In this document: piece after piece, positions 18,089 to 27,797 of the stretch | Position numbering within the stretch: position 1 is the stretch's first letter | How the letters are laid out: each line of letters opens with the position of its first letter | From: Candidatus Krumholzibacteriia bacterium | GTDB lineage: Bacteria > Krumholzibacteriota > Krumholzibacteriia > LZORAL124-64-63 | Length of the DNA: 36,993 nt | Direction of reading: 5' to 3' | Assembly (NCBI GenBank): GCA_046484865.1 | Contig: JAWOID010000088.1 | Coordinates: forward strand, 1 to 36,993 | The notes under the pieces: model-generated | Databases searched by the model: none | What the model was told of the DNA's origin: nothing | Seen by the model: only the letters and a program-made list of their open reading frames with translations | Made by a program: the position numbers and the translations under genes

Positions 18089-20395
18089 TCAGAACCCCTT
18101 GAACGGGTTCATGCCCATCTCCTCGATCTCGTCGGCGAAGTCGTTCACCAGCTTCGGCAGCCGGTCGTACTCGTCGATGGCGAGGGTGTGGATCTGGACC
18201 CGCTCCTCCTCCAGGGCCAGCTGCTTCAGCTTGTCCTGCACGTTCTCCATGCGGGTGTTGGCCAGCTCGCTGCCGCGGATGAAGTGGCACTGGTAATCGT
18301 CGCCGTACTTGCAGCCGATCAGCAGCACGCCGTCGAAGCCGGCCGACAGCGAGTCGCCGATCCAGACGGTGTTCACCGACCCGAGGCAGCGTACGGGAAC
18401 GAACCGCACCCACGGGCTGAGCTGGTGACGCTTCATGGCGGCCATGTCCACCGCCGGGTAGGCGTCGTTCTCGCAGATGAAGCAGAGGATGCGGGGCTTC
18501 TCGTCCTCCTCGTCGGGGATCTCGATGCTCTTGATCATCTGCGAGACCATGTGCGGCGAGTAGTTCTTGAAGCTGATGATGCGCTCGGGGCAGGCGCCCA
18601 TGCAGATGCCGCAGCGACGGCAGCGCGTGGGGTTGGGCTGCGGCGTGCCCTTGGCGTCCTCGTTGAGCGTGCCGAACGGGCACTCCTCCGTGCACCGCTT
18701 GCACTGCGTGCAGCGCTGCAGGAAGAACTCGGGCGTCGACAGATCGCGACTGCGCGGATGGACCGCCTCGCCGCGGGACGTCAGCTCCACCGCCTGGATG
18801 GCTTTGAGCGCCGCGCCGAAGGCGTCCTTGCGCGCCTGGACCGTGTCCATGGGCGCGCGCACGGTGCCGGCGGCGTAGATGCCGGTGCGCTGGGTCTCGT
18901 ACGGGAAGCAGACGAAGTGGCTGTCCGGGAAGCCGTACTTGAGGGTGGGCAGGTCGGTCCCCTGGCGGTAGCGCAGGTTCAGGATCTCGGCACCCTTCTC
19001 GGCGCCGGCCGCCGGGCCCATCTCCTGCTCGACCGCTTCCCCGGCTGCCGCCGCAGCCGCCGCTTCGGCTGCAGCCTCGGCCGCGGCCGCGGCCGCTTTC
19101 TCGGCGGCAGCGTTCTCCGCGGCTTCCACCGCGGCCTCGTCGGTCTTGTCGAGGATGCCGTCGTCGACCCGGGTGGTGGGCACCATGCCGGTGGCCAGCA
19201 CCACCATGTCCGCGCTCAGTTCGATGTTCTCGCCCAGCAGCGTGTCGGTGGCGCGCACCTGGATGCCGCCGTTGCCCGGCGTGACCTCGGCCACCTCGCC
19301 TTTGGTGAGGAAGATGCCCTCGTCGTCCTGGACGGCCTTGTAGAACAGCTCGAACTGGCCGGGGGAGCGCACGTCCTTGTAGATCATGTACACCCGGGTG
19401 TCGGGATGCTGGTCGCGGATCATGCGCGCCTGCTTCAAGCTGGTGCGACAGCAGGTGCTCGAGCAGTAGGGCAGGTGGTCCGGATCGCGGCTTCCCGCGC
19501 ACTGGATGAAGAGCACGCTCCGGGGCGCCTGGCCGTCGCTCGGACGCTTCAGGCCGCCATTGGCGAACATCTCCTCCACCTGCACGTGCGTGACCACGTC
19601 GGGCGACTGGCCGTAACCGAGGTGGCCGAGCCTGTTCGCGTCGTAGGGCCGGAACCCGGACGCCTGCACGATGGCGCCGGCCTGCAGCTTCTGGGCGTGG
19701 TCGCCCCTCACCTTCACCTCGAAGAGCCCCGGCCCGCCGCTGATGCGGGCGATGGTGGAGCCGGTGAGCACCTCGATGCGCTCGTGCCGCTGCACCGCCT
19801 CCGCCAGCTCGTCCACCGAGTTCGGCTCGAGGTCCGTCCACGGCGCATGGGTGGGGAACGAGGTGCGGAACTTCCGCGCCCAGCCGCCCAGCTCCTTCTC
19901 CTTCTCGACCAGCACCACCTCGTAGCCGGCGTCGGCCGCCGCCCGGGCGCTGGTCATGCCCGCCACGCCGCCGCCCACCACCAGGATCGTCTTGCTGATC
20001 TCGATGGGTTCGGGGTGCGGCAGCTCGCTGTTCTTCACCTTGGCCACGCTCATGCGGATGTAGTCCGCCGCGAGCATCTGCGTGTCTTCGTCATTGGGCG
20101 GCCGCACCCACACCACCTGCTCGCGCAGGGGGGTGCGTTCCACCATGGTCTGGTCGCCGAAGTCGAACACGTGCGACATGAAACGGCCGCTGCAGGCGCC
20201 CAGGATGAGGCGATTCACGTTCTCGCCCTCGAGGTCGCCCTTGATCAGCTCCAGGCCCTCCGGCCCGCACAGGCACGGATGGGTCTTGCAGACGTGGGCG
20301 CCGGCCTCGTCGGCGGCCTCGGTCAGCTCGTCCAGGTCCAGCGCCTCGCCGATCCCGCAGCCCGAACACAGGTAGAATCCGATCCTGGGATCCAC
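18089..20395 (-). CDS. qmoB: QmoB: HdrA-like flavoprotein with two [4Fe-4S] motifs and C-terminal MvhD/FlpD domain
   Basis: GGGVAG FAD motif, QCAGSRD...CSSTCC, LNLRYRQG, DSHFVCFPYETQRTGIYAAG, CTQCKRCTEECPFG, CRRCGICMGACP, CENDAYP...RCLGS...GCKYGDDYQCHF, NPFKGF end. Confidence 0.92.
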   Translation of the reverse strand: MDPRIGFYLCSGCGIGEALDLDELTEAADEAGAHVCKTHPCLCGPEGLELIKGDLEGENVNRLILGACSGRFMSHVFDFGDQTMVERTPLREQVVWVRPPNDEDTQMLAADYIRMSVAKVKNSELPHPEPIEISKTILVVGGGVAGMTSARAAADAGYEVVLVEKEKELGGWARKFRTSFPTHAPWTDLEPNSVDELAEAVQRHERIEVLTGSTIARISGGPGLFEVKVRGDHAQKLQAGAIVQASGFRPYDANRLGHLGYGQSPDVVTHVQVEEMFANGGLKRPSDGQAPRSVLFIQCAGSRDPDHLPYCSSTCCRTSLKQARMIRDQHPDTRVYMIYKDVRSPGQFELFYKAVQDDEGIFLTKGEVAEVTPGNGGIQVRATDTLLGENIELSADMVVLATGMVPTTRVDDGILDKTDEAAVEAAENAAAEKAAAAAAEAAAEAAAAAAAGEAVEQEMGPAAGAEKGAEILNLRYRQGTDLPTLKYGFPDSHFVCFPYETQRTGIYAAGTVRAPMDTVQARKDAFGAALKAIQAVELTSRGEAVHPRSRDLSTPEFFLQRCTQCKRCTEECPFGTLNEDAKGTPQPNPTRCRRCGICMGACPERIISFKNYSPHMVSQMIKSIEIPDEEDEKPRILCFICENDAYPAVDMAAMKRHQLSPWVRFVPVRCLGSVNTVWIGDSLSAGFDGVLLIGCKYGDDYQCHFIRGSELANTRMENVQDKLKQLALEEERVQIHTLAIDEYDRLPKLVNDFADEIEEMGMNPFKGF

Positions 20396-20398
20396 GGC

Positions 20399-21670
20399 TT
20401 ACTCCTTTCCGAGCCGGAGCAGACCCTTGAGGGCCGCGCCGGTGGCGTCCTGGATGCTGCAGGCCACGTCCAGCGGCTGCGTGCACGTGCCCGCGGCCAC
20501 CAGCCCCTCGCCCTCGGCGTCCTGGGTGATGAAGCCCATCTCGTCGCGCACGAAGCCCGCGCCGGCGGGCAGGTCGTCGGTCTGCGGCGCCATGCCGGTG
20601 GCCAGCACCACCATGTCCACGTTGGCCGTGGTGATCTTGCCGGTGAGGGTGTCTTCGGCCTCCACCTGCAGCTGCGCGCCCTTGCGCACCACGTTCGCCA
20701 CCTTGCCGCGGTGGAAGACCACCTTCGGGTCGTCCTTGGTCCTGGTGTAGAAGTCCTCGAGGCGGCCGGGCGAGCGGATGTCGATGTAGAAGACGTGGAC
20801 GTCGGCCTCCGGGTACAGCTCGCGCACGTACTGCGCCTGCTTCATGCTGGCGAGACAGCACACTCCCGAGCAGAACGGCAGGTGGTTCTCGTCGCGGCTG
20901 CCGGCGCACTGCACGAAGGCGATGGAGTCGATCGGCTTGCCGTCGGACGGCCGCACGATCTCGCCGGCCGTCGGGCCGGTGGGGGCCGCCAGCCGCTCCA
21001 TCTCCACGTTGGTGATCACGTCGGCGTTGGCCGCGTAGCCCAGGTTCTCCAGCTTGCTCGCGTCGTAGGGCTGCCAGCCGGTGGCCGCCACGATGGCCCC
21101 CACGGTCACCTGGAAGGTGCGCGGCTCCATGTCCAGCTCGACCGCGCCGTACTCGCAGGCGTCGGCGGCCTTGCGCAGACGCTCGTCCTTGGCGAAGCGA
21201 GCGTCGACGTGGTAGCGGTAGGGGTAGGCCATCCCGTGCGGCAGGTCGATCGCCTTGCGCTTGCCCACGCCGTACTCGAAGGGGTCGTCGATCTCGATGT
21301 CGCAGGCCTCGGCGCAGGCGCCGCAGGCGGTGCAGCGCTCGTTGACGTAGCGCGGCTGCTGGACGATGGTCGCCTGGTAGTTGCCGGCCTGGCCGCTGAC
21401 CTCGGTCACCTGCGCCTGCGTGAGCACGCGGATGCGGTCGTTCTGCTTGATGCGGCGGAAGTTGATCTCGAGGCCGCAGCTCGGCGGACACTGCTTCGGG
21501 AAATAATGGTAGAACTGGGCGACGCGCCCCCCGAGATACGGGTTCTGCTCCACCAGGATGACGTCGCGTCCCACCTCGGCGGCCTCGATGGCCGTCGTCA
21601 GGCCGGAGATGCCACCGCCGATGACCAGCAAGGTCGCGGGGGAACCGCGCTCGAGCTCAGCTGCTCCCAT
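20399..21670 (-). CDS. qmoA: QmoA: HdrA-like FAD/[4Fe-4S] subunit
   Basis: GGGISG, YFPKQCPPSCGLEINFRRIK, CTACGACAEAC, QCAGSRDENHLPFCSGVCCLASMKQ, short 423-aa HdrA homolog. SD AGGAGG. Confidence 0.92.
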   Translation of the reverse strand: MGAAELERGSPATLLVIGGGISGLTTAIEAAEVGRDVILVEQNPYLGGRVAQFYHYFPKQCPPSCGLEINFRRIKQNDRIRVLTQAQVTEVSGQAGNYQATIVQQPRYVNERCTACGACAEACDIEIDDPFEYGVGKRKAIDLPHGMAYPYRYHVDARFAKDERLRKAADACEYGAVELDMEPRTFQVTVGAIVAATGWQPYDASKLENLGYAANADVITNVEMERLAAPTGPTAGEIVRPSDGKPIDSIAFVQCAGSRDENHLPFCSGVCCLASMKQAQYVRELYPEADVHVFYIDIRSPGRLEDFYTRTKDDPKVVFHRGKVANVVRKGAQLQVEAEDTLTGKITTANVDMVVLATGMAPQTDDLPAGAGFVRDEMGFITQDAEGEGLVAAGTCTQPLDVACSIQDATGAALKGLLRLGKE

Positions 21671-22072
21671 GTCGCCCTCCTGTTAAAGTTTCAGCATTGG
21701 GTCGGCTTTCTTCCGACGAGCGTCAGGGCTGCGCGTCGACGCCTGCAACCCTTTGAAACTGCGTTTTTTGTGCTCCAGAGGCCGGATCCGGCCGGGCGAG
21801 CCGTCGGCGACCAGGGCTGCGAGCGCAGGCTCGGAGGCAGACCCCGAGCCCTCGCAACCATAGCCAACAGGGTGCGGCAAATCAAGGTTCAAACGGCCCG
21901 CCGGCGGCGCGCCGGCCGCGGCCCGACCGGATGAAATGTGTTGCAGCCTAACAGGTTGCGCGTCGAGCGGCCGGTGCTTGACATGGCCGCCCGCCTTGAA
22001 CACATTGGCAGTGATGGAACCTGTCAATTCGTAAACGGCAACTCCCCCGGTTCGCGCGCCAAGGAGAAGGTC

Positions 22073-23359
22073 ATGTCCGACCAGCAGGTCAGGGTCATCG
22101 ATGCCAACGAGGTCGCGGTGGACGACGTGCCCGACGTGGCCCCCGGCTCGGCGACCGATCTCACCGCCGGCTCGCTGCCCCCGCCTTTGGCCGAGAGGAT
22201 CGAGCCCGACCTCGCCTTCATCCGCGAGTTGCGGCAGGCCGGCGGCGAGACGCTCAAGAAGTGCTACCAGTGCGCCACCTGCTCGGTCACCTGCGAACTG
22301 GCGCCGGTGGACCGGCCGTTCCCGCGCAAGGAGATGATCTGGGCCCAGTGGGGTCTGAAGGACCGGCTGCTCGCCGACCCCGACATCTTCCTGTGCTACC
22401 AGTGCAACGACTGCTCGCAGAGCTGTCCCCGCGGCGCGCGTCCGGGCGACGTGCTGGCCGCCCTGCGGGCGTCCGTGTACGCGCGCTTCGCCTTCCCGAG
22501 CTTCATGGGCAAGGCTCTCGGCAACCCGAACGCCATGCTGGCGCTGTTCCTGGTCCCGGTGGCGGTGCTGTTCGGACTGCTGGTCCTGCAGCACGCCGGC
22601 ACCGCCGAGGGCTTCGGCGGACGCATGGCCGGACTGTTCACCGCCGACCACGTGCACTACCACAGCTTCCTGGCCCACGGACTGCTCGAAGGGCTGTTCA
22701 TCGCCGGCAACGTCTTCATCTTCCTGCTGGCCGGCGTGGGGTTCTATCGCTACTACGACAACCTGCGCCGTCATCACGGCGGCCCCACGACCATGGGCTT
22801 CGGCGCGGCGGTCACCGCCACGATCAAGGAGATCGTCATGCACCGGCGCTTCACGCAGTGCGGACAGAACCGCTCGCGGAGCGCAGCGCACATGCTGGTG
22901 CTGTTCGGCTTCCTGGGCGCCGCGGCCACCGCGGGCCTGGCGCTCGGCTTCATGCTGGTGTGGATGGCGCGGAACCCGGGCCTCGATTTCGGCGGCATCG
23001 GCCTGGCCAACCCCATCAAGTGGCTGGGCGTGACCAGCGGCGTCGCCCTGATCACCGGCAGCGTGCTGATGATCCGCCGCCGGCGGCTCGATCCCGACGC
23101 CGTGGGCGCCAACGGCTTCGCCGACCAGCTCTTCGTCTGGATGATCTTCGTGGTGGCGGCCACCGGCATGCTCACCTGGATGCTGCGCCTGGTGGAAACG
23201 CCCGCGCTGGCCTATCCCATCTACTTCGTGCACCTGGTGGCGGTCTTCTTCCTGCTCTGGTACATGCCCTACAGCAAGTTCTCGCACATGATCTACCGCG
23301 CCCTGGCCCTCTCGTGGGCCCACCAGTCGGCCCGCGTGGAGCCGCGGCCGAAGCTGTAG
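22073..23359 (+). CDS. qmoC: QmoC: HdrC-like ferredoxin domain plus heme b membrane domain
   Basis: ATG 22073 after AAGGAG. LKKCYQCATCSVTC, FPRKEMIWAQWGLKDRL, CYQCNDCSQSCPRGARPGDVL, about six TM helices, His in AHMLVLFGF, HLVAVF and PYSKFSHMIYR. Confidence 0.92.
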   Translation: MSDQQVRVIDANEVAVDDVPDVAPGSATDLTAGSLPPPLAERIEPDLAFIRELRQAGGETLKKCYQCATCSVTCELAPVDRPFPRKEMIWAQWGLKDRLLADPDIFLCYQCNDCSQSCPRGARPGDVLAALRASVYARFAFPSFMGKALGNPNAMLALFLVPVAVLFGLLVLQHAGTAEGFGGRMAGLFTADHVHYHSFLAHGLLEGLFIAGNVFIFLLAGVGFYRYYDNLRRHHGGPTTMGFGAAVTATIKEIVMHRRFTQCGQNRSRSAAHMLVLFGFLGAAATAGLALGFMLVWMARNPGLDFGGIGLANPIKWLGVTSGVALITGSVLMIRRRRLDPDAVGANGFADQLFVWMIFVVAATGMLTWMLRLVETPALAYPIYFVHLVAVFFLLWYMPYSKFSHMIYRALALSWAHQSARVEPRPKL

Positions 23360-23418
23360 GCTCGCCGCCGCCAGCACGTCGGGACCGGACACGGCGGATT
23401 GGCCCTAGACACGGACAC

Positions 23419-23450
23419 CCGGGTGCACCGCATCGCGTGCACCCGGTTTT
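23419..23450 (+). terminator. Rho-independent terminator after qmoC
   Basis: Stem ccgggtgcac / gtgcacccgg (10 bp), 8-nt loop, then TTTT. Confidence 0.7.
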
Positions 23451-23510
23451 CGTTCCATGGCCCCGGGAACGGGCCGCGACAGGCGCCGTGAACGACCGCC
23501 CGGGACTCGA

Positions 23511-23999
23511 CTACCTCACCTCGCGCCGGGCGATCGCCAGGTGCAACTGGAGCGCCAGCCACTCCTGCTCGGAGCGGTGTCGGAGCCCCTCGCCGGCGTC
23601 GGGCTGGTCCTGCGGCAGAGCGGCTACCGTGCCGTCGATCGCGTCGACGGTCATCAACGGGTCGAGCCACTCCCGCAGGATGCCGATGAGCCGAGCTTCC
23701 GCGGACCCTCCGATGTCGAGAGGCATCGCGCCAGCCTTGTCGGGGTGGGTGGCCCCCACATAGAACCGCCGGTATTCCGGAGCTGCGGCGCCCGGCCGGT
23801 TGATCTGCGGTGCCGCGAGGCAGAACCGCACGAGGCGTCCGTTCGAGTCCTCGATGTCACCCCCGATGGTTCCGCCGTCCAGGTACATCACGAGCGCCGC
23901 GACGGTGCACGGGCACTGCAGACCACCGTCGGTCACGACCCCGAAGGCCGAGGGCGAGACCAGCACTGCCATCCAGAACATGGTCGCCAGACACCACAT
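23511..23999 (-). CDS. Small exported hypothetical protein
   Basis: Strong SD AAGGAGG, signal-peptide-like start, lies 31 bp after the VIT-vWA stop. Confidence 0.7.
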   Translation of the reverse strand: MWCLATMFWMAVLVSPSAFGVVTDGGLQCPCTVAALVMYLDGGTIGGDIEDSNGRLVRFCLAAPQINRPGAAAPEYRRFYVGATHPDKAGAMPLDIGGSAEARLIGILREWLDPLMTVDAIDGTVAALPQDQPDAGEGLRHRSEQEWLALQLHLAIARREVR

Positions 24000-24030
24000 G
24001 GCTCCTCCTTTCGAGTTGCACGGTTGCCGC

Positions 24031-26616
24031 TCAGTGCAGCCGCTCCTCCCACCGGCCCGACTCGCCCCTGCCGGCGTCGCCCGCTCCGCTCGACCTCGAT
24101 CCGCCCGAACCTTCGCCGTCCCGCCCGAAGCTCCCGTGCGGGTCCACCGTCGGCTGCTCGATCTTGACCGGGTCGCCGACGCCCACCCGCTCCGAGGCGT
24201 CGACCGCCACGAACGACGTGTAGGACGACACCAGGCCGTGGGAGAGCGCCAGTTCGCACATGGCGCCGGGCAGCTCGCGGTCGCCGGTCTGCGCGAGACG
24301 GTCGCTCCATTCCTGCAGCGTGCGGCGCGCCCAGAGGACGGCGATCTCGTCGCCGTGCGAGCCGAGGGGGTCCACGCTCAGGGCCATCCGCCGGGGCAGC
24401 GTGCCGCCCTCGTGGGCGACCACGGTCAGCGCAGCCCGCGCGAGAGCGCGACCGCCGCGGCCGGCCGGCAGCCGGTAGCGGCCGGTCAGTACGAGAGCGC
24501 TGCCTTCGTACAGCGGCGGCACCTGCGCCGGCCGCAGCTCCACCGTTTCCACACCGGTCCACTCGAGCTCGAGATCCGTGAGCATCGGCCGGCGCGCCCG
24601 CTCGAAGAAGCCGTCGACGATCCGGTCGGAACTCTCGCCCAGCGCCAGGTAGCTGACCAGCCCCTGTCCGGCCCGGGCCACGCCCTCCATGAGGTGGCGG
24701 TTCACCGAGGAGCCCACCCCGAACGCGAACACCCGCGCGTCGCGGCGATGGCGATGGACGGCGGCGAACGCCTCGCTCTCGTTGCCGATGAAGCCGTCGG
24801 TGAGCAGCACCACGTAGCGCTGGCGGCCACGTTCGGCGGGCACGGCGAGCGCCTCGCGCAGGCCGCTCACCATCTCGGTGCCGCCGCCGGCGTGCAGCGC
24901 GTCGACCCAGTGGCGCGCGGCCGAGATCTCGCGGCCGTTGGCCGGACGCATCCCCTCGGTGTAGCGGCGCGGCTGGTTGCTGAACGCGACGATCGCGAAC
25001 CGGTCGCCCTCCTGCAGCTTGCCGAGACTCGCACCGACGGCGCGCTTCACCTGCTCCAGCGGCTCGCCGTCCATGCTCCCGGAGGCGTCGACGAGGAACA
25101 CGAGGTCGAGCGCCGGGCGCGGCCACGGCGGCAGATCGTCGGGCGCGTAGAGCACCATGGTCCAGTAGCCGTCGCCGTCCTGGCCGCGGTGCGTGAAGAC
25201 GGCGCTGCGCAGCTCGTCGCCCGCCACCTTCCAGCGCACGACCAGGTCCCGGTCCTGTGCGGCGCCGGGCTCGAGCACCAGCTCGGCGTTCGCGCCGTTC
25301 CAGGAGGCGACGTCCATGGGGTGGTGGACCGATTCGAGATCCTCGATGGGCACGCCGGCGTCGATCCGCACCGTGACCGCCAGCTCGGGCTGACGGCCGT
25401 GGCGCGGCGGGCCGGGCGCGATCGAGCGGGGACGACGGTCCTCGGGAGCGATGATGCGGCGCTGGTCGAGGTGGTCCCGGTCGGAGCCGGAGCCGGTGCC
25501 CGGCTCGACGCCGGCACCGATGTCCAGGTCGTCCGGCACGTGGGCGGGGAAGTAGCGCTCGCCGACGGCCAGCGGCAGGTGATACTCGTGCCAGCCGTCC
25601 TGGTAGGCGGCGGTGTGCAGGTAGACGAACCGCACCTCGACGTCGCTCAGCGGCGCGAGGTTGGCCACGCGCTGGCGGAAGAGGTTCGGACGCTCCTCGT
25701 CGAGCAGGCTGGCGGTGTAGCCCTGGCGGCGGGCCTGCTGGTAGATACGCTGCGCCTCCTCGCGCTCGCGGACGATGCCGCGGATGCGCCGCTCGCCCAC
25801 GGTGAGCACGAAGTCGCGCACGGCCGCGTCGGCGGGCAGCGGGAACAGGTACTCCACCTCGATCGCCTGGCGATAAGGATTGCGGAAGGTCTGCGCCAGC
25901 TCGGTGCGCGCCAGCGGCCCGGTGACCTGGGCCTGGACGTCGATGCGCCGCAGCGGCAACGCCACGTGGCCCATTTCGGGGTCCAGGAAGATCAGACAGC
26001 CGGTGCCGGGGACGGGCTCCTGGTGCGGCGGGATCGACGGCTCCGGCCGGGGAACGACGGCCCGCCGTGTCTGCTTGGCGCCTGCGTCGCGGCCGAGCAG
26101 GGGCCGGATCGTGGTGGCTTCGCGCCCTTCACCCTGCGGAACGACCCAGATCTCGTCGAAGCCGCCGAGGTCGGTGTCCAGGGCGGGCGGCGCCAGCGCT
26201 TCGCCGCCGGCGGCGCCGGAGACGTTCAGACTCCCCATGGTTAATACAGCGCGGCCTTCGCCGGCGCGCATCACCACGCCCTCCTGCTCGCGGATGCGCT
26301 GCTCGAGTTCCTCGACGCCGATGCCCATCGCATCGGCCAGCGGCTCCAGCTTCTCCCTCTCGGCGGTCTGTTGCTGCGCCGCCTCCCCGCCCTGCTGCTG
26401 CGCCGGGGCGTCCTCGCCCTCCTGCTGTGCCGCGACGTCCTCGCGAGACGTCTCGCGGGGCGGCGTACCGCAGCTCGCCATCGCGAGCGCGAGCACGAGG
26501 ACGAGGAGCAGGAGCAGGAGCCGCAGCGGAAGCCGCAGCGGAAGCCGACGCGGAAGCAGGCCCGGGAACCGAGCGCCGGTTCGCGTCCGGCGGCGATCGT
26601 CGTGCACGACTGTCAT
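24031..26616 (-). CDS. VIT + vWA domain lipoprotein (inter-alpha-trypsin-inhibitor-like architecture)
   Basis: ATG 26616 overlaps the upstream stop (ATGA). Lipobox MASC. VIT motifs QTFRNP, YLFPLP, EAQRIYQQARRQG, ERPNLF. MIDAS DASGSM, GGTEM, LTDG. C-terminal LWAR and LVSSYTSFVAVD. Confidence 0.9.
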   Translation of the reverse strand: MTVVHDDRRRTRTGARFPGLLPRRLPLRLPLRLLLLLLVLVLALAMASCGTPPRETSREDVAAQQEGEDAPAQQQGGEAAQQQTAEREKLEPLADAMGIGVEELEQRIREQEGVVMRAGEGRAVLTMGSLNVSGAAGGEALAPPALDTDLGGFDEIWVVPQGEGREATTIRPLLGRDAGAKQTRRAVVPRPEPSIPPHQEPVPGTGCLIFLDPEMGHVALPLRRIDVQAQVTGPLARTELAQTFRNPYRQAIEVEYLFPLPADAAVRDFVLTVGERRIRGIVREREEAQRIYQQARRQGYTASLLDEERPNLFRQRVANLAPLSDVEVRFVYLHTAAYQDGWHEYHLPLAVGERYFPAHVPDDLDIGAGVEPGTGSGSDRDHLDQRRIIAPEDRRPRSIAPGPPRHGRQPELAVTVRIDAGVPIEDLESVHHPMDVASWNGANAELVLEPGAAQDRDLVVRWKVAGDELRSAVFTHRGQDGDGYWTMVLYAPDDLPPWPRPALDLVFLVDASGSMDGEPLEQVKRAVGASLGKLQEGDRFAIVAFSNQPRRYTEGMRPANGREISAARHWVDALHAGGGTEMVSGLREALAVPAERGRQRYVVLLTDGFIGNESEAFAAVHRHRRDARVFAFGVGSSVNRHLMEGVARAGQGLVSYLALGESSDRIVDGFFERARRPMLTDLELEWTGVETVELRPAQVPPLYEGSALVLTGRYRLPAGRGGRALARAALTVVAHEGGTLPRRMALSVDPLGSHGDEIAVLWARRTLQEWSDRLAQTGDRELPGAMCELALSHGLVSSYTSFVAVDASERVGVGDPVKIEQPTVDPHGSFGRDGEGSGGSRSSGAGDAGRGESGRWEERLH

Positions 26617-27131
26617 GGCTCGTCCTTTCGGTCTGCCTCGCGCCAGGTGACGCCGGCGTCGATGCGCCGGCCATCGGGATCGGCCGCTGCCACCAGCGCC
26701 GTGCGCAGGTGCGGCGGCGCGGTCCCCTCGACGGTCAGGTGCAGTCGCGCCACGCGGGTGAGCCCGCGCGGCAGGTCGTCTGCGGTGGAGTAGGCGGCGA
26801 GGATGATGTGCCCGCGCTGCAGCGCGCGGGGATCGTGATGAGGAGGATCGGCGAAGGCGGGATGCTCGCCGCCCTCCACTCCGACGATGCGCGCTCGTCC
26901 CGTCGGATCGGTGATGTCGAGTTGCCATGCCGCCAGGCGATCGCGCCCGCTATCGACGAGGATGTCGACGGCGACGAAGCGGAGGTCGTCTCCTGATTCG
27001 AGCGGCTCCGCCGCGCCGCCGGCGGCGAACAGGACCATGGTCGCGGCGGACAGGACCATGGCCACGGCGAGCGCCACCGGGGCGGTTGGTCGGGCCGGCC
27101 GGCTGGATCTGCGCTGCGGCGACGTCATCAT
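26613..27131 (-). CDS. Exported small beta-rich protein, cohesin-like
   Basis: ATGA overlaps at both ends, SD GGAGG, signal peptide, VAVDILVDS...LAAWQLDI...IILAAYS...LPRGLTRVARLHL resembling the cohesin strand pattern. The CDS is secure, the fold call is tentative. Confidence 0.65.
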   Translation of the reverse strand: MMTSPQRRSSRPARPTAPVALAVAMVLSAATMVLFAAGGAAEPLESGDDLRFVAVDILVDSGRDRLAAWQLDITDPTGRARIVGVEGGEHPAFADPPHHDPRALQRGHIILAAYSTADDLPRGLTRVARLHLTVEGTAPPHLRTALVAAADPDGRRIDAGVTWREADRKDEP

Positions 27132-27706
27132 CGCACCTCCCCTACGCTCACGATCTGCGCCGTGAGCGCAGCGAGGTCCGCCCGCGTCACCCGGCCGTCG
27201 CCGTCGCGGTCGCTGCCGAGCGGCGCTGGTCTCGACGCGTCGAGCCGCCGCGCCAGCAGGAAGGCGTCGAGGACGTCGACCACGCCGTCGCCGTTGAGGT
27301 CGCCGCTGCCGGCGGGCGGGACGGTGGGACCCCCGTCGCCCAGCAATCCGAAACCGACCGCCACCAGCAGCACCACCGATGCCGCGGCAGCCCAGGCGGC
27401 CGGCAGCGGACGCTGCCAAACCGGGCGCATCAGGCGACCGCGTTCCCGCCGGGGATGCTCCCGCCGAACGCCCAGCCGGGCTCGGGCAGCCGCCAGCACG
27501 GCGTCGTCGCGTTCGCGGGGAATCGCCACGCCAGTGCGGTAGAGGCTCGCCAGCTCGGTCCGCAGCGCCTCGGGCAGATGATCGGGAAGATCGCCGGGAC
27601 GCGACTCGGCCGGGCGCTCGGGCCGCCGGCGCAGGACGTCGCCGGTCGCTCCCTCGGGCGAAGGCTCGAACGTGTCGTCGGAGCGGTCATCGCGATCTCG
27701 GTCCAC
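27128..27706 (-). CDS. Putative single-pass anti-sigma factor with C-terminal dockerin type I domain
   Basis: GTG 27706 after GGAGG. Cytoplasmic helical part (DDAVLAAARARL), TM AAWAAAASVVLLVAVGFGLL, two Ca-binding repeats GDLNGDGVVDVLDA and DRDGDGRVTRADL. Directly downstream of an ECF sigma gene. Confidence 0.8.
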   Translation of the reverse strand: MDRDRDDRSDDTFEPSPEGATGDVLRRRPERPAESRPGDLPDHLPEALRTELASLYRTGVAIPRERDDAVLAAARARLGVRREHPRRERGRLMRPVWQRPLPAAWAAAASVVLLVAVGFGLLGDGGPTVPPAGSGDLNGDGVVDVLDAFLLARRLDASRPAPLGSDRDGDGRVTRADLAALTAQIVSVGEVR

Positions 27707-27797
27707 CAGGCACCTCCACAGAGTGAAGCCCGCGAGCGACTCGAAAGGTTCACGCGATGCCCGCGATATTTTCCGCCCGCTGCCCGACACACCTGCT

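Noticed and set aside
17999..21934. Very long ORFs antisense to real genes (also 2375-5020, 6835-9591, 9611-12706, 23800-26244, 30089-33124, 33699-36596)
   Set aside because: Shadow ORFs expected at high GC with strong codon bias. They have no motifs and lie opposite well-supported genes.
21900..22060. Rex operator upstream of the qmo genes
   Set aside because: No acceptable match to TTGTGAAnnnnTTCACAA.
26617..26928. N-terminal extension of the VIT-vWA ORF given in the track (likewise 27132-27419, 3581-3649, 4565-4759, 21938-22072)
   Set aside because: Better starts with SD sequences or ATGA coupling lie downstream, and some extensions overlap other genes or promoter regions.
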